DNA of 64,000 nt, taken from the NCBI RefSeq assembly GCF_046119375.1, contig NW_027362767.1, forward strand, positions 257,548,001 to 257,612,000. Reading direction: 5' to 3'. Below the pieces are notes generated by a model. That model did no database searches. It saw only the letters and a program-made list of their open reading frames with translations, and was not told the origin of the DNA. A program made the translations under genes and the position numbers. Shown here one piece after another: positions 52,301-64,000 of this stretch; the stretch's first letter is position 1, and every line of letters starts with the position of its first letter. Source of the stretch: Phyllobates terribilis (Eukaryota).

Positions 52301-55300
52301 TGTCACCTCCTCCTAATATACAGAGATCAGACGTGTCACCTCCTCCTAATATACAGAGATCAGACCTGTCACCTCCTCCTAATATACAAAGATCAGACCT
52401 GTCACCTCCTCCTAATATGCAGAGATCAGACCTGTCACCTCCTCCTAATATAAAGAGATCAGACCTGTCACCTCCTCCTAATATACAGAGATCAGACCTG
52501 TTACCTCCTCCTAATATACAGAGATCAGACCTGTCACCTCCTAATATACAGAGATTACACCTGTCACCTCCTCCTAATATACAGAGATCAGATCTGTCAC
52601 CACCTCCTAATATACAGATCTCAGACCTGTCACCTCCTAATATACAGAGATCAGACCTATCACCTCCTCCTAAAATACAGAGATCAGACCTGTCACCTCC
52701 TCCTAATATACAGAGATCAGACCAATCACATCCTCCTAATATACAGAGATCAGACCTGTCACCTCCTCCTAATATACAGAGATAAGACCTGTCACCTCCT
52801 TCTAATATACAGAGATCAGACCTGTCACCTCCTTCTAATATACAGAGATCAGACCTGTCACCTCCTCCTAATATACAGAGATCACACCTGTCACCTCCTC
52901 CTAATATACAGTGATCAGACCTGTCACCTCCTCCTAATATACAGAGATCACACCTGTCACCTCCTCCTAATATACAGAGATCAGACCTGTCAGCTCCTCC
53001 TAATATACAGAGATCACACCTGTCACCTCCTAATATACAGAGATCAGACCTGTCACCTCCTAATATACAGAGATCAGACCTGTCACCTCCTAATATGCAG
53101 AGATCAGACCTGTCACCTACTAATATGCAGAGATCAGACCTGTCACCTCCTAATATGCAGAGATCAGATCTGTCACCTTCTAATATGCAGAGATCAGATC
53201 TGTCACCTCCTCCTAATATACAGAGATCAGACCTGTCACCTCCTCCTAATATACAGAGATCAGACCTGTCACCTCCTCCTAATATACAGAGATCAGACCT
53301 GTCACCTCCTCCTAATATACAGAGATCAGACCTGTCACCTCCTCCTAATATACAGAGATCAGACCTGTCACCTCCTCCTAATATACAGTGATCATACCTG
53401 TCACCTCCTCCTAATATACAGAGATCACACCTGTCACCTCCTCCTAATATACAGAGATCACACCTGTCACCTCCTAATATACAGAGATCAGACCTGTCAC
53501 CTCCTAATATGCAGAGATCAAACCAGTCACCTCCTAATATGCAGAGATCAGACCTGTCACCTCCTAAAATGCAGAGATCAGATCTGTCACCTTCTAATAT
53601 GCAGAGATCAGATCTGTCACCTTCTAATATGCAGAGATCAGACCTCTCACCTCCTCCTAATATACAGAGATCAGACCTGTCACCTCCTCCTAATATACAG
53701 AGATCAGACCTGTCACCTCCTCCTAATATACAGAGATCAGACCTGTCACCTCCTCCTAATATACAGAGATCAGACCTGTCACCTCCTCCTAATATACAGA
53801 CATCAGACCTGTCACCTCCTCCTAATATATAGAGATCAGACCTGTCACCACCTCCTATTATACAGAGATCAGACCTGTCACCTCCTCCTAATATACAGAG
53901 ATCAGACCTGTCACCTCCTCCTAATATACAGAGATCAGACCTGTCACCTTCTCCTAATATACAGAGATCAGACCTGTCACCTCCTCCTAATATACAGAGA
54001 TCAGACCTGTCACCTCCTCCTAATATACAGAGATCAGACCTGTCACCTCCTCCTAATATACAGAGATCAAAACTGTCACCTCCTCCTAATATACAGAGAT
54101 CAGACCTGTCACCTCCTCCTAATATACAGAGATCAGACCTGTCACCTCCTCCTAATATACAAAGATCACACCTGTCACCTCCTCCTAATATACAGAGATC
54201 AAACCTGTCACCTCCTCCTAATATACAGAGATCAGACCTGTCACCTCCTAATATGCAGAGATCAGACCTGTCACCTCCTAATATACAGAGATCAGACCTG
54301 TCACCCCCTCCTAATATACAGAGATCAGACCAATCACATCCTCCTAATATACAGAGATCAGACCTGTCACCTCCTCCTAATATACAGAGAGCAGACCTGT
54401 CACCTCCTTCTAATATACACAGATCAGACCTGTCACCTCCTCCTAATATACAGAGATCACACCTGTCACCTCCTCCTAATATACAGTGATCAGACCTGTC
54501 ACCTCCTCCTAATATACAGTGATCATACATGTCACCTCCTACTAATATACAGAGATCACACCTGTCACCTCCTCCTAATATACAGAGATCAGACCTGTCA
54601 CCTCCTCCTAATATACAGAGATCAGACCTGTCACCTCCTCCTAATATACAGAGATCAGACCTGTCACCTCCTCCTAATATACAGAGATCAGACCTGTCAC
54701 CTCCCCCTAATATACAGAGATCAGACCTGTCACCTCCTCCTAATATACAGAGATCAGACCTGTCACCTCCTCCTAATATTCAGAGATCAGACCTGTCACC
54801 TCCTCCTAATATACAGAGATCAGACCTGTCACCTCCTCCTAATATACAGAGATCAGACCTGTCACCACCTCCTAATATACAGAGATCAGATCTGTCACCT
54901 CCTCCTAATATACAAAGATCAGACCTGTCACCTCCTCCTAATATACAGAGATCAGACCTGTCACCACCTCCTAATATACAGAGATCAGATCTGTCACCTC
55001 CTCCTAATATACAAAGATCAGATCTGTCACCTCCTCCTAATATACAGAGATCAGACCTCTCACCTGCTACTAATATACAGAGATCAGACCTGTCACCTCC
55101 TCCTAATATACAGAGATCAGACCTGTCACCTCCTAATATACAGAGATCACACCTGTCACCTCCTCCTAATATACAGAGATCAGACCTGTCACCACCTCCT
55201 AATATACAGAGCTCAGACCTGTCACCTCCTAATATACAGAGATCAGACCTGTCACCTCCTCCTAATATACAGAGATCAGCCCTGTCACCTCCTCCTAATA

Positions 55301-58300
55301 TACAGAGATCAGACCTGTCAACTCCTCCTAATATACAGAGATCAGACCTGTCACCTCCTCCTAATATACAGAGATCACACCTGTCACCTCCTCCTAATAT
55401 ACAGAGATCAGAACTGTCACCTCCTCCTAATATACAGAGATCAGACCTGTCACCTCCTCCTAATATGCAGAGATCAGACCTGTCACCTCCTCCTAATATA
55501 AAGAGATCAGACCTGTCACCTCCTCCTAATATACAGAGATCAGACCTGTCACCTCCTCCTAATATACAGAGATCAGACCTGTCACCTCCTCCTAATATAC
55601 AGAGATCAGACCTGTCACCTCCTCCTAATATACAGTGATCAGACCTCTCACCTCCTCCTAATATACAGAGATTACACCTGTCACCTCCTCCTAATATACA
55701 GAGATCAGATCTGTCACCACCTCCTAATATACAGATCTCAGACCTGTCACCTCCTAATATACAGAGATCAGACCTATCAACTCCTCCTAAAATACAGAGA
55801 TCAGACCTGTCACCTCCTCCTAATATACAGAGATCAGACCAATCACATCCTCCTAATATACAGAGATCAGACCTGTCACCTCCTCCTAATATACAGAGAT
55901 CAGACCTGTCACCTCCTTCTAATATACACAGATCAGACCTGTCACCTCCTCCTAATATACAGTGATCAGACCTGTCACCTCCTCCTAATATACAGTGATC
56001 AGACCTGTCACCTCCTCCTAATATACAGAGATCACACATGTCACCTCCTCTTAATATACAGAGATCAGACCTTTCAGCTCCTCCTAATATACAGAGATCA
56101 CACCTGTCACCTCCTAATATACAGAGATCAGACCTGTCACCTCCTACTATACAGAGATCAGACCTGTCACCTCCTAATATGCAGAGATCAGACCTGTCAC
56201 CTCCTAATATGCAGAGATCAGACCTGTCACCTCCTAATATGCAGAGATCAGATCTGTCACCTTCTAATATGCAGAGATCAGATCTGTCACCTTCTAATAT
56301 GCAGAGATCAGACCTGTCACCTCCTCCTAATATACAGAGATCAGACCTGTCACCTCCTCCTAATATACAGAGATCAGACCTGTCACCTCCTCCTAATATA
56401 CAGAGATCAGACCTGTCACCTCCTCCTAATATACAGAGATCAGACCTGTCACCTCCTCCTAATATACAGAGATCAGACCTGTCACCTCCTTCTAATATAC
56501 ACAAATCAGACCTGTCACCTCCTCCTAATATACAGAGATCACACCTGTCACCTCCTCCTAATATACAGTGATCAGACCTGTCACCTCCTCCTAATATACA
56601 GTGATCATACCTGTCACCTCCTCCTAATATACAGAGATCACACCTGTCACCTCCTCCTAATATACAGAGATCACACCTGTCACCTCCTAATATACAGAGA
56701 TCAGACCTGTCACCTCCTAATATGCAGAGATCAAACCAGTCACCTCCTAATATGCAGAGATCAGACCTGTCACCTCCTAAAATGCAGAGATCAGATCTGT
56801 CACCTTCTAATATGCAGAGATCAGATCTGTCACCTTCTAATATGCAGAGATCAGACCTCTCACCTCCTCCTAATATACAGAGATCAGACCTGTCACCTCC
56901 TCCTAATATACAGAGATCAGACCTGTCACCTCCTCCTAATATACAGAGATCAGACCTGTCACCTCCTCCTAATATACAGAGATCAGACCTGTCACCTCTT
57001 CCTAATATACAGACATCAGACCTGTCACCTCCTCCTAATATATAGAGATCAGACCTGTCACCACCTCCTATTATACAGAGATCAGACCTGTCACCTCCTC
57101 CTAATATACAGAGATCAGACCTGTCACCTCCTCCTAATATACAGAGATCAGACCTGTCACCTTCTCCTAATATACAGAGATCAGACCTGTCACCTCCTCC
57201 TAATATACAGAGATCAGACCTGTCACCTCCTCCTAATATACAGAGATCAGACCTGTCACCTCCTCCTAATATACAGAGATCAAAACTGTCACCTCCTCCT
57301 AATATACAGAGATCAGACCTGTCACCTCCTCCTAATATACAGAGATCAGACCTGTCACCTCCTCCTAATATACACAGATCACACCTGTCACCTCCTCCTA
57401 ATATACAGAGATCAAACCTGTCACCTCCTCCTAATATACAGAGATCAGACCTGTCACCTCCTAATATGCAGAGATCAGACCTGTCACCTCCTAATATACA
57501 GAGATCAGACCTGTCACCTCCTAATATACAGAGATCAGACCTGTCACCTCCTCCTAATATGCAGAGATCAGACCTGTCACCTCCTAATATGCAGAGATCA
57601 GATCTGTCACCTTCTAATATGCAGAGATCAGATCTGTCACCTTCTAATATACAGAGATCAGACCTGTCACCTCCTCCTAATATACAGAGATCACACCTGT
57701 CACCTCCTCCTAATATACAGAGATCAGACCTGTCACCTCCTCCTAATATACAGAGATCAGACCTGTCACCTCCTCCTAATATACAGAGATCAGATCTGTC
57801 ACCTCCTCCTAATATACAGAGATCAGACCTGTCACCTCCTCCTAATATACAGAGATCAGACCTGTCAGCTCCTCCTAATATACAGAGATCAGACCTGTCA
57901 CCTCCTCCTAATATACAGAGATCACACCTGTCACCTCCTCCTAATATACAGAGATCAGACCTGTCACCTCCTGCTAATATACAGAGATCAGACCTGTCAC
58001 CTCCTCCTAATGTACAGAGATCAGACCTGTCACCTCCTCCTAATATACAGAGATCAGACCTGTCACCTCCTCCTAATATACACAGATCACACCTGTCACC
58101 TCCTCCTAATATACAGAGATCACACCTGTCACCTCCTCCTAATATACAGACATCAGACCTGTCACCTCCTCCTAATATACACAGATCAGACCTGTCACCT
58201 CCTCCTAATATACAGAGATCACACCTGTCACCTCCTCCTAATATACACAGATCAGACCTGTCACCTCCTAATATACAGAGATCACACCTGTCACCTCCTC

Positions 58301-61300
58301 CTAATATACACAGATCAGACCTGTCACCACCTCCTAATATACAGAGCTCAGACCTGTCACCTCCTAATATACAGAGATCAGACCTGTCACCTCCTCATAA
58401 TATACAGAGATCAGACCTGTCACCTCCTCCTTATATACAGAGATCAGACCTGTCACCTCCTCCTAATATACAGAGATCAGACCTGTCACCTCCTCCTAAT
58501 ATACAGAGATCAAACCTGCCACATCCTCCTAATATACAGAGATCAGACCTGTCACCTCCTCCTAATATAAAGAGATCAGACCTATCACCTCCTCCTAATA
58601 TACAGAGATCAGACCTGTCACCTCCTCCTAATATACAGAGATCAGACCTGTCACCTCCTCCTAATATACAGAGATCAGACCTGTCACCTCCTCCTAATAT
58701 ACAGTGATCAGACCTGTCACCTCCTTCTAATATACAGTGATCAGACCTGTCACCTCCTCCTAATATACAGTGATCAGACCTGTCACCTCCTCCTAATATA
58801 CAGAGATCAGACCTGTCACCTCCTTCTAATATACAGAGATCAGACCTGTCACCTCCTCCTAATATACAGAGATCAGACCTGTCACCTCCTCCTAATATAC
58901 AGAGATCAGACCTGTCACCTCCTCCTAATATACAGAGATCAGACCTGTCACCTCCTCCTAATATACAGAGATCATACCTGTCACCTCCTCCTAATATACA
59001 GAGATCAGACCTGTCACCTCCTCCTAATATACAGAGATCAGACCTGTCACCTCCTCCTAATATACAGTGATCAGACCTGTCACCTCCTTCTAATATACAC
59101 AGATCAGACCTGTTACCTCCTCCTAATATACAGAGATCACACCTGTCACCTCCTCCTAATATACAGTGATCAGACCTGTCACCTCCTCCTAATATACAGT
59201 GATCATACCTGTCACCTCCTTCTAATATACACAGATCAGACCTGTCACCTCCTCCTAATATACAGAGATCACACCTGTCACCTCCTCCTAATATACAGTG
59301 ATCAGACCTGTCACCTCCTCCTAATAAACAGAGATCACACCTGTCACCTCCTCCTAATATACAGAGATCAGACCTGTCACCTCCTCCTAATATACAGAGA
59401 TCAGACCTGTCAGCTCATAATATACAGAGATCAGACCTGTCGCCTCCTAATATACAGAGATAAGACCTGTCACCTCCTAATATACAGAGATCAGACTTGT
59501 CACCTCCTAATATGCAGAGATCAGACCTGTCACCTCCTAATATGCAGAGATTAGACCTGTCACCTTTTCCTAATATACAGAGATCAGACCTGTCACCTCC
59601 TAATATGCAGAGATCAGACCTGTCACCTCCTAATATGCAGAGAACAGATCTGTCACCTTCTAATATGCAGAGATCAGACCTGTCACCTCCTCCTAATATA
59701 CAGAGATCAGAACTGTCACCTCCTACTAATATACAGAGTTCAGACCTGTCACCTCCTCCTAATATACAGAGATCAGACCTGTCAGCTCCTCATAATATAC
59801 AGAGATCAGACCTGTCACCTCCTCCTAATATACAGAGATCAGACCTGTCACCTCCTCCTAATATACAGAGATCAGACCTGTCACCTCCTCCTAATATACA
59901 GAAATCAGACCTGTCACCTCCTCCTAATATTCAGAGATCAGACCTGTCACCTCCTCCTAATATACAGAGATCAGACCTGTCAGCTCCTCCTAATATACAG
60001 AGATCAGACCTGTCACCTCTTCCTAATATACAGAGATCACACCTGTCACCTCCTCCTAATATACAGAGATCAGACCTGTCACCTCCTGCTAATATACAGA
60101 GATCAGACCTGTCACCTCCTCCTAATGTACAGAGATCAGACCTGTCACCTCCTCCTAATATACAGAGATCAGACCTGTCACCTCCTCCTAATATACACAG
60201 ATCACACCTGTCACCTCCTCCTAATATACAGAGATCACACCTGTCACCTCCTCCTAATATACAGACATCAGACCTGTCACCTCCTCCTAATATACACAGA
60301 TCAGACCTGTCACCTCCTCCTAATATACAGAGATCACACCTGTCACCTCCTCCTAATATACAGAGATCAGATCTGTCACCACCTCCTAATATACAGATCT
60401 CAGACCTGTCACCTCCTAATATACAGAGATCAGACCTATCAACTCCTCCTAAAATACAGAGATCAGACCTGTCACCTCCTCCTAATATACAGAGATCAGA
60501 CCAATCACATCCTCCTAATATACAGAGATCAGACCTGTCACCTCCTCCTAATATACAGAGATCAGACCTGTCACCTCCTTCTAATATACACAGATCAGAC
60601 CTGTCACCTCCTCCTAATATACAGTGATCAGACCTGTCACCTCCTCCTAATATACAGTGATCAGACCTGTCACCTCCTCCTAATATACAGAGATCACACA
60701 TGTCACCTCCTCTTAATATACAGAGATCAGACCTTTCAGCTCCTCCTAATATACAGAGATCACACCTGTCACCTCCTAATATACAGAGATCAGACCTGTC
60801 ACCTCCTACTATACAGAGATCAGACCTGTCACCTCCTAATATACAGAGATCAGACCTGTCACCTCCTAATATGCAGAGATCAAACCAGTCACCTCCTAAT
60901 ATGCAGAGATCAGATCTGTCACCTTCTAATATGCAGAGATCAGATCTGTCACCTTCTAATATGCAGAGATCAGACCTCTCACCTCCTCCTAATATACAGA
61001 GATCAGACCTGTCACCTCCTCCTAATATACAGAGATCAGACCTGTCACCTCCTCCTAATATACAGAGATCAGACCTGTCACCTCCTCCTAATATACAGAG
61101 ATCAGTCCTGTCACCTCCTCCTAATATACAGACATCAGACCTGTCACCTCCTCCTAATATATAGAGATCAGACCTGTCACCACCTCCTATTATACAGAGA
61201 TCAGACCTGTCACCTCCTCCTAATATACAGAGATCAGACCTGTCACCTCCTCCTAATATACAGAGATCAGACCTGTCACCTTCTCCTAATATACAGAGAT

Positions 61301-64000
61301 CAGACCTGTCACCTCCTCCTAATATACAGAGATCAGACCTGTCACCTCCTCCTAATATACAGAGATCAGACCTGTCACCTCCTCCTAATATACAGAGATC
61401 AAAACTGTCACCTCCTCCTAATATACAGAGATCAGACCTGTCACCTCCTCCTAATATACAGAGATCAGACCTGTCACCTCCTCCTAATATACACAGATCA
61501 CACCTGTCACCTCCTCCTAATATACAGAGATCAAACCTGTCACCTCCTCCTAATATACAGAGATCAGACCTGTCACCTCCTAATATGCAGAGATCAGACC
61601 TGTCACCTCCTAATATACAGAGATCAGACCTGTCACCTCCTAATATACAGAGATCAGACCTGTCACCTCCTCCTAATATGCAGAGATCAGACCTGTCACC
61701 TCCTAATATGCAGAGATCAGATCTGTCACCTTCTAATATGCAGAGATCAGATCTGTCACCTTCTAATATACAGAGATCAGACCTGTCACCTCCTCCTAAT
61801 ATACAGAGATCACACCTGTCACCTCCTCCTAATATACAGAGATCAGACCTGTCACCTCCTCCTAATATACAGAGATCAGACCTGTCACCTCCTCCTAATA
61901 TACAGAGATCAGACCTGTCACCTCCTCCTAATATACAGAGATCAGACCTGTCACCTCCTCCTAATATACAGAGATCAGACCTGTCAGCTCCTCCTAATAT
62001 ACAGAGATCAGACCTGTCACCTCCTCCTAATATACAGAGATCACACCTGTCACCTCCTCCTAATATACAGAGATCAGACCTGTCACCTCCTGCTAATATA
62101 CAGAGATCAGACCTGTCACCTCCTCCTAATGTACAGAGATCAGACCTGTCACCTCCTCCTAATATACAGAGATCAGACCTGTCACCTCCTCCTAATATAC
62201 ACAGATCACACCTGTCACCTCCTCCTAATATACAGAGATCACACCTGTCACCTCCTCCTAATATACAGACATCAGACCTGTCACCTCCTCCTAATATACA
62301 CAGATCAGACCTGTCACCTCCTCCTAATATACAGAGATCACACCTGTCACCTCCTCCTAATATACACAGATCAGACCTGTCACCTCCTAATATACAGAGA
62401 TCACACCTGTCACCTCCTCCTAATATACACAGATCAGACCTGTCACCACCTCCTAATATACAGAGCTCAGACCTGTCACCTCCTAATATACAGAGATCAG
62501 ACCTGTCACCTCCTCATAATATACAGAGATCAGACCTGTCACCTCCTCCTTATATACAGAGATCAGACCTGTCACCTCCTCCTAATATACAGAGATCAGA
62601 CCTGTCACCTCCTCCTAATATACAGAGATCAAACCTGTCACATCCTCCTAATATACAGAGATCAGACCTGTCACCTCCTCCTAATATAAAGAGATCAGAC
62701 CTGTCACCTCCTCCTAATATACAGAGATCAGACCTGTCACCTCCTCCTAATATACAGAGATCAGACCTGTCACCTCCTCCTAATATACAGAGATCAGACC
62801 TGTCACCTCCTCCTAATATACAGTGATCAGACCTGTCACCTCCTTCTAATATACAGTGATCAGACCTGTCACCTCCTCCTAATATACAGTGATCAGACCT
62901 GTCACCTCCTCCTAATATACAGAGATCAGACCTGTCACCTCCTTCTAATATACAGAGATCAGACCTGTCACCTCCTCCTAATATACAGAGATCAGACCTG
63001 TCACCTCCTCCTAATATACAGAGATCAGACCTGTCACCTCCTCCTAATATACAGAGATCAGACCTGTCACCTCCTCCTAATATACAGAGATCATACCTGT
63101 CACCTCCTCCTAATATACAGAGATCAGACCTGTCACCTCCTCCTAATATACAGAGATCAGACCTGTCACCTCCTCCTAATATACAGTGATCAGACCTGTC
63201 ACCTCCTTCTAATATACACAGATCAGACCTGTTACCTCCTCCTAATATACAGAGATCACACCTGTCACCTCCTCCTAATATACAGTGATCAGACCTGTCA
63301 CCTCCTCCTAATATACAGTGATCATACCTGTCACCTCCTTCTAATATACACAGATCAGACCTGTCACCTCCTCCTAATATACAGAGATCACACCTGTCAC
63401 CTCCTCCTAATATACAGTGATCAGACCTGTCACCTCCTCCTAATATACAGAGATCACACCTGTCACCTCCTCCTAATATACAGACATCAGACCTGTCACC
63501 TCCTCCTAATATACACAGATCAGACCTGTCACCTCCTCCTAATATACAGAGATCACACCTGTCACCTCCTCCTAATATACACAGATCAGACCTGTCACCT
63601 CCTAATATACAGAGATCACACCTGTCACCTCCTCCTAATATACACAGATCAGACCTGTCACCACCTCCTAATATACAGAGCTCAGACCTGTCACCTCCTA
63701 ATATACAGAGATCAGACCTGTCACCTCCTCATAATATACAGAGATCAGACCTGTCACCTCCTCCTTATATACAGAGATCAGACCTGTCACCTCCTCCTAA
63801 TATACAGAGATCAGACCTGTCACCTCCTCCTAATATACAGAGATCAAACCTGTCACATCCTCCTAATATACAGAGATCAGACCTGTCACCTCCTCCTAAT
63901 ATAAAGAGATCAGACCTGTCACCTCCTCCTAATATACAGAGATCAGACCTGTCACCTCCTCCTAATATACAGAGATCAGACCTGTCACCTCCTCCTAATA
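49320..64000. repeat. Very long 33/30-bp minisatellite (TAATATACAGAGATCAGACCTGTCACCTCC(TCC))n, at least 14.7 kb, running past the window end
   Basis: Direct reading. Units differ by one CCT triplet, and multi-kb sub-blocks are duplicated. Confidence 0.98.

Noticed and set aside
49569-54530. 1653-aa ORF (ILGGGDRSDLC)n and the other long ORFs in 49.5-62.8 kb
   Set aside because: Unit lengths of 33/30 bp are multiples of 3 and some frames lack stops, so long ORFs arise automatically. There is no unique domain, start context or splice support.

Overview
Eukaryotic, almost certainly amphibian DNA (a hyloid/neobatrachian frog is inferred from the repeat families and genes). Two convergent spliced host genes sit in about 85% repeats. 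(1) A + strand LHFPL3/4/5-family tetraspan gene: putative non-coding exon ending at 11718, coding exons 16023-16401, 16620-16856 and 26630-26652, 212 aa. (2) A - strand PCSK1N (proSAAS) gene: coding exons 49028-48963, 43362-42776 and 42116-41819, 316 aa, with the LLRVKR convertase-inhibitory hexapeptide. The first 11.5 kb is a nest of elements. A decayed DIRS1 tyrosine-recombinase retrotransposon (- strand: gag with a candidate spliceosomal intron, RT, RNase H, methyltransferase-like domain) abuts a 5'-truncated Tc1. The DIRS1 is itself interrupted by a 5.56-kb hierarchically palindromic non-autonomous hAT element (8-bp TSD) and by a palindromic Penelope-like insertion carrying twin hammerhead-like motifs. 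Elsewhere are seven more Tc1/mariner copies with different TIRs, a Helitron inside one of them, Harbinger-, Kolobok/T2- and hAT-type non-autonomous elements, and several minisatellites. A 33/30-bp array of at least 14.7 kb starts about 290 bp upstream of the PCSK1N ATG. Most long ORFs in the track are repeat artefacts. Nothing was checked against a database; family assignments rest on motifs read from the sequence.
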